Assembly: GCF_006345805.1 (NCBI RefSeq)
Contig: NC_042999.1
Location: 151,962,001 to 152,026,000, forward strand
Length of the DNA: 64,000 nucleotides
Source of the DNA: Octopus sinensis
Lineage: Eukaryota
Direction: 5' to 3'
Shown here: positions 1 through 12,224 of the stretch, one piece after another
Numbering within the stretch: the stretch's first letter is position 1
How the letters are laid out: every line of letters starts with the position of its first letter
The notes under the pieces: model-generated
What the model was told of the DNA's origin: nothing
Databases searched by the model: none
Seen by the model: only the letters and a program-made list of their open reading frames with translations
Translations under genes and position numbers: made by a program

Positions 1-339
1 TACTACAATGCGTTTTCTTTTGACCTGTTATGACTGCAATGGTCTGCTTAGGTCTCTATTACTAGCTTTCTCTTTCATCCTCCGAGAAATTCATAAAATT
101 AATTCTAGTAATAAATTCATACTGATTTAATTGATTATATGCTCCCACCGCCATCACCCTAAAAGAACTAGTGTTCTGCTGACAACATGGAAGGCTTGTG
201 GGCATGTACAACTGTCCAGCCTCTGAATTCAGCAGAGAATATTAAAAAGAATTTTTAGTGTATTTTGGGCATTTAATGTTTATTGAGATACATAGCTACA
301 ACATGGCAAAAAATAAAATCTCGGACGAAACATGCTATT

Positions 340-790
340 AGGACAGCAGAAAAAATTGTTTTTAAATAATTATAATACTGCTGTAATTTAGAAGAGGAAA
401 CAAAAGTAGCTTAGCTAGAGCTGAAAACATTTTTGAACAACAAACTTCCAGTAGAAATGAGAAGAATGCTGGTAAATCAGGAAATGAGACAAGAAGAATA
501 GTAATTTATAGCTAAAATATAATGTATGAATGCAATAATAAATCATGCTAGAAAAAAAAAGCAACAACAACAAAAACAACAAAATGCCTTAGCTATAGCA
601 GCAAACATTTCATTCAATGCATAACAGCGAAGATGAACAAACATAAAGCAGGGAAACTGACAAAGAAGAATAGTCATTTGCAGTGAAAATATCATATTGT
701 ATAGGAATGCTGTTGTAATACAGTGGGTATAATAGAATAAAATAGGCAGTTGCAAGGTATCAAGGCATTTATTGCAGATTTCTACAGAAG
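340..790 (+). pseudogene. Possible highly decayed Helitron N-terminal remnant
   Basis: Stop-interrupted peptides LARAENIFEQQ..GNETRR and HKAGKL..ECCCNTVGII loosely resemble Helitron N-terminal repeats and zinc-finger region; weak similarity only. Confidence 0.2.
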
Positions 791-792
791 AA

Positions 793-908
793 CATACATA
801 CATACATACATACATACATACATACATACATACATACATACATACATACATACATACATACATACATACATACATACATACATACATACATACATACATA
901 CATACATA
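793..908. repeat. (CATA)n microsatellite
   Basis: Pure CATA run; source of the YVCM/HTYI ORFs at 543-995. Confidence 0.97.
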
Positions 909-989
909 CGTACGTATGTATGTATATCCCAAAAAAAACAAAGAACAAACACAAAAATACAACAATGTGAGGATTTGATACATGTAAAG

Positions 990-1135
990 TATTAGCAGAG
1001 GCTCAGGGAAGGAAAGAAAGATGGTTTAACGTTTCGAGCAAAGCTCTTCTTCAGAGCCAGAGAAAAGTCTAATAGAAAAGGAAGGTGGAGGAAAAAAAAT
1101 TGCCAACGATTCACATCTGGTTACATTTGAGACAT
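990..1135 (-). mobile_element. Penelope-like terminal (pLTR) fragment
   Basis: Contains ACGTTTCGAGC..GCTCTTCTTCAG, a hammerhead motif on the minus strand; same motif family as 46757-46794. Confidence 0.55.
1023..1058 (-). ncRNA. Minimal type I hammerhead ribozyme (degenerate helix I)
   Basis: Minus strand GGCU CUGAAGA A GAGC-UUU-GCUC GAAA CGUU AAACC: intact core, 4-bp helix II, palindromic ACGU helix III. Confidence 0.6.
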
Positions 1136-1155
1136 TAAACAAAGCTGATGATGAT

Positions 1156-1236
<81 letters not shown>

Positions 1237-1254
1237 CGTGTGTGTGTGTGTGTG

Positions 1255-1535
1255 TCTCATCATCATCATCATCATCATCAGCTTTGTTTAATGCCTTATT
1301 TGCACACTGTCATGGTTTGGAAGATTAGGCAAGAGCTGGCAAGGCTGATAGCTACATCAGGGTTCCATTGTCTGTTTTGGCATGGCTTCTACAGCTGAAT
1401 GCCTTTCCTAACATCAACCCCTTTACAGCGTGTACAGTGGGGGGGGGGGCTTTTTACCGGGCACCAGCACCAGTGCTCTTTATATGGCACCATCACAAGT
1501 GCTTCCTTTGTAGCACCAGCACCAACAGGGTTACC
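1255..1535 (-). mobile_element. RTE-derived non-autonomous element (family D), degenerate
   Basis: (CAT)n tail at left; degenerate reverse complement of the GTTAGGAAGGGCATCCAGC motif. Confidence 0.7.
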
Positions 1536-1824
1536 AAGTACCTTTCCAGACAAAAGCCCCTCAACTGGGAGTGGTGAGTAGTATTGAGTAGGAAGTGGCT
1601 TTGTGCCAGTTGAGAAGGACAGATATAAGTGCCTTGCTGTACAAGGATACTCCAGTAGAAAAAGAAAGGAGAGTGTGTCTATCCAGGTTGACTCAACATG
1701 AAGGACCACTCAAATTCTATTCTATCTCATCAATGTCATTGATAAGATAGAGAAGAATTCCAATGGTCCTTTGTGTTGATTCAACATGGATAGGTATTAA
1801 ACTTCAGAGCACCACTGGCAAAGC

Positions 1825-2075
1825 GGAGGCGCATGGCTCAGTGGTTAGGGTATTAGACTCATGATTTTAGGATTGTGGTTTTGATTCCTGGACTGGGCGA
1901 TGCATTATGTTCTTGTGCAAAATACTTCATTTCACATTACTGCAGTCCACTCGCCAGGCAAAAATGAGTAATCTTGCAATGGAATGGCATTCCTTCCTGG
2001 TGGAGAATTTATATGCCGTGAAAACCAGGAAACCGGCACTTATGAGTCGGCATAAACTTTTGAGAAGGTAAACTT
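1825..2075 (+). mobile_element. tRNA-headed SINE (family C variant, V/Meta-like central domain)
   Basis: A-box TGGCTCAGTGG and B-box-like GGTTTTGATTCC, then body TTCTTGTGCAAAATACTT..GGCAAAAATGAGTAATCTTGCAATGG. Confidence 0.75.
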
Positions 2076-2139
2076 TTTTACTAACATCACTGGTAAAACC
2101 TCACAAGTGATAGACAGTAAAGTAAAATATTACAAATGA

Positions 2140-2520
2140 AAACAAAATCACCTTTGCCATCACAGAATGCATCTTATTCTAAAATTTTATCTGCATAATC
2201 TCTTGGCATTTTCTGTGCAATGGATATTTCTTCGTATGTATTGATAAACCTGAACTTTTCATAAACCAGTAGCATCAACATTCTGTTCCTTTTCAACTCT
2301 GAATTCCTTGTTCTTTTCCTATTCTTCTGGTTTCATTCATTGTCATTTTGGTAGAAACATATTTCCCTGTATTCTTTTCATTTGTGGTCAAGCTTTTTTT
2401 TTTATTAACTCTTTCCTTAAGTTTTAACCAATGTGGGCCTTGGCAATGGAAGGTACACTTATCCCTTTTTTTTGCCTTTCAGTAATGTCACCATCATTAT
2501 TACATTTCCTGTCTACTTTT
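2140..2520 (-). pseudogene. Decayed pogo/Tigger-type transposase fragment (CENP-B HTH region)
   Basis: Minus-strand conceptual translation with stops and frameshifts: GKYVSTKMTMNETRRIGKEQGIQS*KGTEC*CYWFMKSSGLSIH/SIAQKMPRDYADKILE, matching pogo W.YRFMKR.GLS.RT.T.IAQK.P. Confidence 0.75.
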
Positions 2521-2869
2521 CCATGTTTTCTTAGGTCAGATAGAATTTGTTCAGGCAGATTTTCTATGGCTGGATGCTTTTCCTTATCTTTCCAAGGAAG
2601 ATAACATTTCTTCTTGGCTAGACATGTTTTTCATGAAAGACTGGAAACAAATTACATCACTTGTATGATGGTGATTTGAGGGGAGTGAACAGTCAGTGAA
2701 GTCAGTCCCAGTATATGACTTGTACTTTAATTTAGTGACCCATTCCTCAGAGGGATAAACCATAAAGTTGATCTCAGAAAGATTTGAGCACAGGATATAA
2801 TATCTCGAAGTATTTTGTCAAAAGAATTCTCCCCATCCACCTCCTTAATAATAGTAGTATTAATAATTA

Positions 2870-3030
2870 TTTCTAAATTAGGCACAAAGCCAGAAATTTG
2901 GGGCAAAAAGTTACAGTGACCCCAGTGCATGGCTGGTACTTTATTTTATTGATTCTGGAGGGATGAAAAGTACAGTTGACCTTGACAAGACTTGAAATCA
3001 GACTGTAAAGAGTCGGTACAAATACTGCAT
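2870..3030 (-). mobile_element. SINE family B, degenerate
   Basis: GGCACAAAGCC..GGTACTTT..GGATGAAA..GTTGACC core; CpGs decayed. Confidence 0.7.
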
Positions 3031-3264
3031 GGTATTTTCCCAATCGTCATTTACCATCATCATTACTTAACATCCAATGGTCCAAGGATGGTATCATGCT
3101 CCAATATCTGCTTTGGCCAACAACTCTGCATCTTGTACTGAGTGCTTTTTAAGGAGAGTGCCAGGCGGCTTGCAAGGCTCCAAACCCAAAGCGGCAGCTT
3201 TATGCTTGGGGATATGGAGGTAAAAGTACAAATTCCACCAATCCATCTATAATAACAATTAGGG

Positions 3265-3590
3265 TGAAGGCATGTGGCTTAGTGGTTAAGGACATTTGGC
3301 TCATGATTGTTAGGTTGTGAGTTCAATTCTTGGCATTGTATTATTTCTTTGAGCAAGACACTTCATATCACATTGCTCCAGTTCACTCCACTGGCAAAAA
3401 TTAGCATCTGCATTTTAAAGAGTCAGCCGTGTCACATTCTATATCACACTGAATGTCCCTAAGGATTACATCAAGGGTATGTGTACCTATGGAATACTCA
3501 AGCATTTGCAAGTTAATTTCATGAGTAAGCTATTCCGTTGATCAGATCAACTGGAACCCTCATCATCGAAACTGATGGAGTACCAGTACT
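3265..3590 (+). mobile_element. tRNA-headed SINE family C
   Basis: TGGCTTAGTGGTTAAGG head; tail GTTGATCAGATCAACTGGAACCCTCATCATCG shared with 7282-7662. Confidence 0.85.
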
Positions 3591-3969
3591 AATGATTGGG
3601 TAATAATGTTAATGTGTTGTGGGGTGAATGGGGTAGATCTACCAGTAATTTAACTGTGTCTGTTTAAACATTAGCCCACCTGACAGCTCGTGTGGGCATA
3701 TAAGACCTGGGGCTATTTCTAAGTCATTTTTGGTGAATGAATGGGTAGAGAGATTTATATGCTATCAAATATGCTAATTGTTTTTATTTAACTGAGGTTA
3801 ATTATTATATTTATATCTGAAGTAAATCACTTGCAGTAATTATTATTGATGAAAAGTTTTCAACAAAAGCAACTTTGATCTCTTCGTTACCAACACAACA
3901 CTGATTAAGTAAATCTAAATAGTTGGAGACTAATTTACTAAATATGAAGTTCATTGAAGTTTTTATATT

Positions 3970-4236
<267 letters not shown>

Positions 4237-4416
4237 CATGAAACCTTTGACAAAAACAATTTCAGAGAGTAGCTTCAGTTTTAGAATTTCTTCACTTTAT
4301 TTCATTTCTTTCATAATTTAAGGTTAAAAATGAATATACACACATTCACACACATATGCAAAAATGAAACCTGTTGTGTGTGTGTGTGTGTTTGTGTGTC
4401 TGTGTTTGTCCTCGCA

Positions 4417-4455
<39 letters not shown>

Positions 4456-4489
4456 AGGAGTGCTTCTTTTTCAGATATGTGAACTACTA

Positions 4490-4700
4490 ACAAGGTGGCA
4501 AACTGGTAGAAACATTATCACACTGGGTGAAAGGTTTTGCAATATTTCGTCTGTCGTATGTTCTGAGTTCAAATTTCGACAAGGTTGATTTTGCTTTTTG
4601 GGCTCAATAAAGTACTAGTTGTGTACTGAGGTCAATTTAATCAACTGGTCCCCTCCCACAAAATTTCAGCTCTTGTGGCTAGAGTAGAAAGGATTATGAA
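4490..4700 (+). mobile_element. SINE family B
   Basis: AGGTGGCAAACTGGTAGAA head; GTTCTGAGTTCAAATT B-box-like motif; CCCCTCCCACAAAATTTCAG 3' part. Confidence 0.85.
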
Positions 4701-4955
4701 CTACTGACAATATATGTATGTAGATACATACATAATAAATGTACACATATGTGTATGGTTGTGTGTTTGTATAACTAAGAGACAAGGACCATAGCTATTT
4801 TTGCTTCAATTTACTTATGGGACGTTAATACATAAATACGTGTTTCAAGAACGCATACAAATGATTGAAATGTTCATATCTGTGGTGTGAAGAAGCCCTG
4901 TATATGAATATAGAAAATACAAAGTAGTAAATTTCAGTTGAGGTTTTTTCTTTAA

Positions 4956-5174
4956 CCCCTTAGTGTTCAGATTATTCAATCAAACATAATGCCTATTGAT
5001 TCCCATTAATTTGAATTAATCATGCATTATCTCATATCTTCAAGATCTTGATGGTGTAATTACTTAATGTAGAATAACATTGTAAGGTAGGTGTGAGAGC
5101 CTGGATCTGGTTAGTTTGAACATAAAACAGATTAACTATTTTGGCCAGATATGGCCGGTTTAAATACTAAAGGG
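4956..5174. mobile_element. piggyBac-type MITE
   Basis: TTAA on both sides (4952-55, 5175-78); termini CCCCTTAGTG / TACTAAAGGG; second copy at 40160-40382. Confidence 0.8.
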
Positions 5175-5224
5175 TTAATGAAGAACTGTTGAAATACTTT
5201 TCTTTATAAAGATTTAAATATTCT

Positions 5225-5440
5225 TTTCTGCTCTAGGCACAAGGCCCGAAATTTTGAGGGAGGAGGCCAGTTGATTAGATCAACTCCAATATGCAACTGG
5301 TACTTAATTTATCGACCTTGAAAGGATGAAAGGCAAAGTCAACCTCGGTGGAATTTGAACTCAGAACATAAAGACAGGCGAAATATCACTAAGCATTTCG
5401 CCCAGCGTGCTAACATTTCTACCAGCTCACCACCTTTTTA
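5225..5440 (-). mobile_element. SINE family B
   Basis: Reverse complement of the family B consensus; several CpG-to-TpG/CpA changes. Confidence 0.88.
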
Positions 5441-5524
5441 TAAAGATTTAAATATTGGGGAGGGGGTACATTTTATTCAGATTCTATAGTGATTACATTA
5501 ACTCTAGTTCTTTGTGATGTTAAC

Positions 5525-5735
5525 CTGCCTTTTACCTTTTACTTGTTTCACTTTAATAAGTAATGGCCATGATGGGGCCCCACCTTGAAGAATTTTAGAT
5601 GAATGAATTGACACCAGTGCTTTCTATTTTCATTGGTGTCTTTTGCCAAACCACTCAGTTACAGGGACGTAAATGCACCAACACCAGTTGCCAAGCAGTG
5701 AAAGGGAGAACTGCAGACACAAAAACACATACACA
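5525..5735 (-). mobile_element. SINE family A body segment
   Basis: TTTTACTTGTTTCA..GGCCATG..CACCACC..CAGACACAAAAACAC, reverse complement of the A body. Confidence 0.8.
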
Positions 5736-5756
5736 TAGATATATATACATATATTC

Positions 5757-6360
5757 AGGGTCATCGCTAAGCCCCTGCAACCCTTGCAGTCGCAGGGAGC
5801 CTCTGTGGTTGTGGGGCCCCATGTTACAATCAAAGTACGTAAATGAATCATCTATTTACTTTGGTTAAGATGTTGAACAAGAATTAAACTATGTTAACTA
5901 AAAATTTCAAGAAGTAAAATGGTAATACATTGTACCTGAAAAAGTTCTTGTAAAAATATTCCGTTGTACCACAAATGTGTACCAGACTTTGTGGAGTGTC
6001 CATGGTATCTATTGAACACAAACTTAGCTCTCATCTTGATTATTTTGAACTGATCGATGATTTCGTGAAGTGAAAAGTGCACCATGTTTGTCTTTGAAAG
6101 TTGCCTGGATTATAAATGTGCTCTTTTATTCATATCTGGAAGTTTTACTTATTGGAATTTGTAATAGAGACCCAAATAAATTTAATTCGTTGTACTTTTA
6201 AATATGTTCTTTAAGATAACATGAAATAATGAACTTCAGATAGAACAAAGTAAAATATAGCTATGAATAAAAGGAGCATAGATCATGAATTTGGATTGAA
6301 GGGATGGGGTCTCAAAACAAAAAGTTGCAGGGGACCTCTAAAAGTCACACAACGGAGCTG
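5757..6360 (+). mobile_element. hAT (Tip100/ZMYM1-like) deletion derivative with C-terminal transposase remnant
   Basis: GC-rich left end CAGGGTCATCGCTAAGCCCC; about 5985-6085 translates RLCGVSMVSIEHKLSSHLDYFELIDDFVK*, like the hAT C-terminal RL.GL...SIE..L....D...IID.F. Confidence 0.55.
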
Positions 6361-6364
6361 CATT

Positions 6365-6533
6365 TATATATGACAGGCTTCTTTCAGTTTCTGTCTACCA
6401 AAGCCACTCACAAGACTTTGGTTGGGCCAAGGCTATAGTAAAAGACACTTGCCCAAGGTTCCATGCAGTGGGACTGAACCTGGAATCATGAGGTTGCGAA
6501 GCAAGCTTCTTACCACGCAGCCATGCCTGTGCC
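6365..6533 (-). mobile_element. SINE family A head
   Basis: Reverse complement of GGCTGCGTGGTAAGAAGCTTGCTTC..GGGCAAGTGTC..GGTAGACAGAAACTGAAAGAAGCC. Confidence 0.88.
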
Positions 6534-6674
6534 TATTCAACAAATTCTATATTTCATCTAAGATTTTATACAGAGATTTCTCTTTAGTTTGCAAATATAA
6601 ATTTTTGATGTTATTGCTGTTCTTTACTGAATTTATTTATTTGTTTTGTTTTGGACCATACACAATGTTTGTAG

Positions 6675-6745
6675 CAGCCTTTCTTGATGAAATTATTAAA
6701 TCCGCTAAACATAAGAATCAAGGTTGTTTATCATGTGCGAAGGAA
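6675..6745 (+). CDS. Candidate internal exon (phase 1 to 0) of unidentified gene
   Basis: tgtttgtag|...GAA|gtaatt; open frame AFLDEIIKSAKHKNQGCLSCAKE; retains CpGs in a CpG-poor region. Confidence 0.4.
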
Positions 6746-7281
6746 GTAATTATTTAGGTCAATTTAGCTGTCAAAACCAGCTTAATTTTCTTCTCTATTC
6801 TTCCTGGTCCTCATATATGAATCTAAAAAAAAAATGTATATGAGTGTAAAGTTTAATAATGTAAGTATCTGCTTATGTGGTTATATGTTTGTCTTGGCCG
6901 TGTGTAAGTATTTTTCATTGAATATGTATGTATAGGGTTATGAGTGACAATGTGCTTGTATCAATGTGTGTGTGTGTTAAATGTCATTCAGTACATTAAT
7001 AAACAGCATAAAAATAAATTACTAAATATTAGATTAGTTACATTGTGGAGAATTAGAAAATGGATTCTCTCTCTTTGCTTATTTGTATTCCTGAAAAGAA
7101 AGATCAAAGGGCAAAGAATTTCTTTTTAGTCTGTTTTGGGCTGTTATTTTAAATTCCTTTGCAACTTACTTTACTTTCAAATAGTTTCAGAATCAATCTT
7201 AAGCCATCTCATTTAGTGAAATACAATTGGTGGTCTAACTTTATAAAATTCATACACTAACTCTCTATACTAACCATAAGT

Positions 7282-7662
7282 GGAGGCGCAATGGCCCAGT
7301 GGTTAGGGCAGCGGACTCGCGGTCATAAGATCACGGTTTTGATTCCCAGACCGGGCGTTGTGAGTGTTTATTGAGCGAAAACACCTAAAGCTCCACGAGG
7401 CTCCGGCAGGGATGGTGGTGATCCCTGCTGTTCTCTTTCACCACAACTTTCTCTCACTCATACTTCCTGTTTCTGTTGTACCTGTATTTCAAAGGGCTGG
7501 CCTTGTCACTCTCTGTGTCACGCTGAATATCGTTAAGGGTACACGTTAAGGGTACACGTGTCTGTGGAGTGCTCAGCCACTCACACGTTAATTTCACGAG
7601 CAGGCTGTTCCATTGATTGGATCAACCGGAACCCTCGTCGTTGTAACCGACGGAGTGCTTCA
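7282..7662 (+). mobile_element. Near full-length tRNA-headed SINE family C with TSD
   Basis: A-box TGGCCCAGTGG, B-box GGTTTTGATTCC; 13-bp TSD ATACTAACCATAA (7267-79) / ATACTAATCATAA (7664-76). Confidence 0.93.
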
Positions 7663-8296
7663 GATACTAATCATAACACTGGTTTAGAGAAAATACTTAG
7701 GAAACATGCTTTGCAATGAAAATAAAATGGTATGGTTGATGCTAATATTTAATGTAATGAGCTAAGTGATTGTGTCACTGTACTAATCAGACTCTTTCCT
7801 CAGTGCATTTTATTTTTAATTGATTAAAACTTGGAGGTTGTCTGCTCTGTTTTTCTTGTCCAGAAATGATCTTTTTAAGCTAATAATTCTTCTTTCTTCC
7901 TAAATGTGTTATGTTAATTAAGATTTCTTAACTCCCTACATTAATTTTATTAACACTGGTAGAAAACTGGCAGTGTTACTAGAGCATTATGTGGAATGCC
8001 TTGTGGTGTCTGCTATATGGCTCTTTGAATTTTAATCCCACTGTGGCCAAATTTGCTCTTCATTTTTCCACAGTTGATAAAAAAAGTATCAATCCAGGAT
8101 AATGGATGAGTGAAACTGTAAGAAAGACAGGCCAGATGCCTTGTAGTATTCTTCTGGCTTTTTGCATCCTGAGTTTATATCCTACTATGGCCTTCTTAAG
8201 TGGTAGGCTTAATCCATTATCTGGTATAACATTAGCACCCTGGGTGCTTTTAGTGATAAGCATTTGGATGCTGAAAAGTCCTTGGCTTTAAGGGTA

Positions 8297-8477
8297 TCAT
8301 GAAAGGCCTGGCTGGAGGCCCAACATTCCAAGTTCTATTACAGGGATTAGAAAAACTGAAGGACTGTTGCAATAAGTGTGTGAATCTGAGAGGGGAATAT
8401 ATTGAATAAAATCATAATTAACTAATCCTCCTGTATTTTCTGTTATCCAAAGCCAGGAACTTCTCAGCACTCCCTCG
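8297..8477 (+). mobile_element. mariner 3' end remnant
   Basis: WLEAQHSKFYYR/GLEKLKDCCNKCVNLRGEYIE* (frameshifted) followed by TIR-like GCCAGGAACTTCTCAGCACTCCCTCG. Confidence 0.7.
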
Positions 8478-9038
8478 GGTACTTTACTCACATCCTTCCC
8501 ACTAGTCTCAAAGATAGGCCCTAAACATTGCCTTCCCTCCTGACTGAAAGATGAAAAACAAAAAAAAAAAAAAAAAAAAACCATCTGTCCTAACAAAGTT
8601 TGATCTTGACTCACTTATATAAATTCAATAGTTATGAGCAATACTCATATTATTTTAGGAAGATATCCTATGTTTACAAAACATTTCAAGATTTAAGTTA
8701 TATTTCTCATCTGTATTTCAAGTCTCATCAATAATTGTAATTATCTATGTTTTTCTAGATTCTGATCTAAAGCAAGTAAAACTGGAATTTTTCAAAATCT
8801 GCTCTTTTTATAAACAGCTGAGGACATCAGTCACATACATTGAAGTTCTAAGAAAGATTTGAGTTTGTTATTTTATTTTCAGTGAAAACAATATCTAAAA
8901 GTTATCACTAATGAGTTTCCACAAACTTTTATCTGATATCTTTCTTGTTATACACACTGAAAATCTTAGACAAATTGTAATTGAGTAAAATTAAAATATA
9001 CTGCTGATTCTGAGATGAAACAAGTCATTTCTATTTAG

Positions 9039-9135
9039 AAGTTACTGATAAAAGTGATATTGATTCTTATTACTAATTTACTTGATGTATTGATGCCTCA
9101 TTTCTGTCAAATCACTGGAAATAGCACTTCTGAAA
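9039..9135 (+). CDS. Candidate internal exon (phase 0 to 1)
   Basis: tttctatttag| acceptor; strong AAA|gtaagt donor; only open frame KLLIKVILILITNLLDVLMPHFCQITGNSTSE. Confidence 0.3.
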
Positions 9136-9383
9136 GTAAGTTTGTTTTAGAATTAACTTAAGTACTAATGTGTCTTAGGCAATTAATACATTCCTTATTT
9201 ATTTAGAATTAAATATCTTTCCCTCCTATGGATTAACTAGATTAAATCAGTAAATAATATCTAGTAACAGTAAGACTGACACCAATAGTATATTTGTTTA
9301 ACACTCTCTATAAAACCTGGCCACCAGACTGCTCAAGTAACTCACACGGAGTTTATACTGTATTGTTATTTTTTACTCTAAAG

Positions 9384-10058
9384 CAACAGTTTTTAACCAT
9401 ATTTTTTTAACTATGGACCCCTTTTGATTCTTATTTTGCTTAGCTGGACCCTCATAGCCTTTCAATATTTAAAAAATCTTATTGTATTTTTATAATTAAA
9501 TATTGTTTGGAATTGTATAAAAAATTATTAAAGTATTTTGTGAATTGTAGATATATAACCAACTAGCAGTATCGCCCGGCATTGATCGGGTTTGTTTCGA
9601 CCCTTTAGAATTGAAATTTTTGAAAAGTAAAAATTCTGCATTATGTAGTTTGCTATTCTCTTTAAGTGAACATTTTTCTGGTTGAAATACACCGAAAAAT
9701 GACGACACAGCAGTCAAAAAACCATAAAAAATAGAGATTTTCATAGAAAAAAAGCACCTTTTTGATGTAAATAATTTTTGGTGTTAACATTGTCCGATTT
9801 GAATTTTTTCTTCTACGCAAGGAAGAGCAAGCCTTCTTCTATCATACTCTCAATTTTGGTCAACTTGCGCCGCAGGGTTTCGGAGGAGATACTGTTAGTT
9901 GAAGGCTACCAAACCTGCCATACACAGACAACTTCAGCTTTATATATATAGAGAGAGATTTGTTGCACATTACTTTTAACAACAAAGTCTTGTATGGACC
10001 CCCAAAAGGTCATATGGACCCTCAAGGGTCATATATGGATCCTGGTTGAGAACCACTG
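9384..10058. mobile_element. hAT (Charlie-type) MITE, interrupted by HINE
   Basis: Right TIR GGTTGAGAACCACTG; degenerate left CAACAGTTTTTAACC; 8-bp TSD CTCTAAAG/TTCTAAAG. Confidence 0.82.
9562..9958 (+). mobile_element. Helentron-associated non-autonomous element (HINE/DINE-1-like)
   Basis: 5' ACTAGCAGTATCGCCCGGCATTGATCGGGT as in 27607; 3' ACAGACAAC..CTTTATATATATAGA. Confidence 0.75.
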
Positions 10059-12071
10059 TTCTAAAGTATTATCATGGCACTGCAAACTACCAATCTATGC
10101 ATCAATTTGCAGTGAGTTTGGTTACGTACAATGAAGCCATTATTTTCTAAATTCTTTTCTGTACTATTACCAAATGAGTTGAGTCATGTGTTTTGTCCAT
10201 AGGACATCACAGAATGTAGTTAGAATATGAAATCATAACTGTTGAGCTATGAGATTCAACTACATTGATTTCATCAGTCAAAGAAGACCTACAAAAGCAA
10301 GGAACACTGTATTACATTTTTGAATTATATAAATAATTAAATAAGTAAATAAATAAATAGATAAATAATCTGCTACCAATGTGAATCTGTAAGAAAGGGA
10401 CTGCAACAGACTGTTTGGTCTGAAAAATGGATCACAACTGAAACAGTTAATAGTGTATATATTTATTAAATAATCACTGTTATAAATGACCTAGTTGTAT
10501 TTCTTTCCATTTTGAGTGGGGTGTACTAGTTTTGCTTCTTTCTATCACAATAAGAATGTAAAAATGAGAAACTAGTGGCTGTGCTGAGACAAGTAAAAGA
10601 GAGTGAAATAGAATATTATAAAAAGGCGTATTAGGTAGATAAATAGATGGTATCTGACAGAGAGGGAGAGTAGGGTGTGGGTGAAAGAAACAGTCAGCCA
10701 GCAAGAAAGGCAAGCAGTCAGGTAAACAGAAAATATAGGGAGTCAAGGAAGAAAGAGTAAGAGAGGAAAAGACGGTTTTGGTAAAAGAGCTAAGTTGGAA
10801 ATAATCAAAATAAAGTTCTGGAAAATGGACATTAAATGATGATGGTGATGATGATGATGATAATGATTATACACATATACATATTCATTTACACACATGC
10901 ACACACACAATACATGAGTGAGAAAGAGAGAAAGGAATTCCTAATACCATTTTGAGAAAGTCTTTAGGAAATGAAGAGAAGTAGAGGTAGATTTTGATTG
11001 AGAGAAGAAAAAAAGAGAGAGCTTGATGACTATATAAATCTTGATTGAGAGGTAAGAAAACAGAGTGAGTATGTGAGAATAATATAGAAAACAAAAGGAG
11101 TGGAAACATAAAAGTAAGAGAATGAAGAAACAACTTTTTCTCATATACATCAGGTAATTGCGAGTCTAACAGACAAAGAAATTCCCAATCACAGAGAAAC
11201 TGCTCAACTCCAATTGGTAGAAAGGAGCTGGAGATTATCACTAGTTTGGAATTGCTTGATGGGAATTGGAAAGAAGAAGTTTTGTGAGATGATAACAAAA
11301 CACAAGAAGAAAAAAAAGTAAAAGTCAAGGTGAAAAAAAGAAGAAAGGAGCTGAAAGAAGACAAATGAAACACGAGATGAAAATAGAGCAAGGCTTGAAG
11401 CAGAAAGATTAAGAATTAGTGAAAGGAAACAGAAATAAGCCTGATATATACAGGCATCCATACGTATGTGTGTGTGTGTGTGTGTGTGTGTACACATATA
11501 TGTATAAATATACATATATATAAAATATATGTATGTATATATGTGTGTATATATATATATATACACATATGCATGCACACATGTGCACATGAGCACACAC
11601 ATGCACACATACATATATGTGCACACACATGTATGTGTGTGTGTACACATAAATGTATACATCTACATACATATAAAATATTTATAAGTATGTGTATATA
11701 TATATATATATACACATATGCATGCACACATGTGCACATGAGCACACACATGCACACATACATACATGTGCACACACACAAGTGCTGGAAGGCTTACTTC
11801 TTCAAAACCCTGGACTATTGGTGTACCCAAGGATAAATTTGGTTATATCTTCTATATGTATAAATATTCAAAATTATATTTAAGTACATTCATTTATTAT
11901 CTTTTTTTTTTTTTGTTTTGGGGTATCGTTTTAAATTTGGTAATTAATGATTCAATTATTATTCAATTACAATATTGAATAATAATTGAATCAGCAATCA
12001 CAAACCTTAAAATAACAGAATATTTGGCAGAGCATTCAGATCTTTTTTCCTTTTTCCTTTGTAAAAATCAG

Positions 12072-12132
12072 TTGTTATTGCTCTATCCTGTGGGAGCGAC
12101 ATTAGTTATTCGAACAGATACATGGATTTTCA
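12072..12132 (+). CDS. Candidate internal exon (phase 1 to 2)
   Basis: Long polypyrimidine tract + aatcag|; CA|gtaatt donor; frame VIALSCGSDISYSNRYMDF; CpGs retained. Confidence 0.4.
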
Positions 12133-12224
12133 GTAATTATTATAATTATTTCTAATTATTATAGAACTTACAACACTGATATGGTTAATCATATTTACAA
12201 ACAAATTTGTGAAGCTGTTGCTGT

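Noticed and set aside
4840-4897. Minus-strand exon candidate (ASSHHRYEHFNHLYAFLKH) with a good acceptor
   Set aside because: No convincing partner exons and a modest donor; opposite to the better plus-strand chain. Worth rechecking with RNA-seq.
7282-7360. tRNA genes (also about 50405, 55040 and 29425)
   Set aside because: A and B boxes are present but there is no complete cloverleaf or acceptor stem, and each continues into a SINE body.
11545-11770. ~150-bp-period duplication of a CA/TA cassette
   Set aside because: Ordinary slippage within a compound microsatellite.
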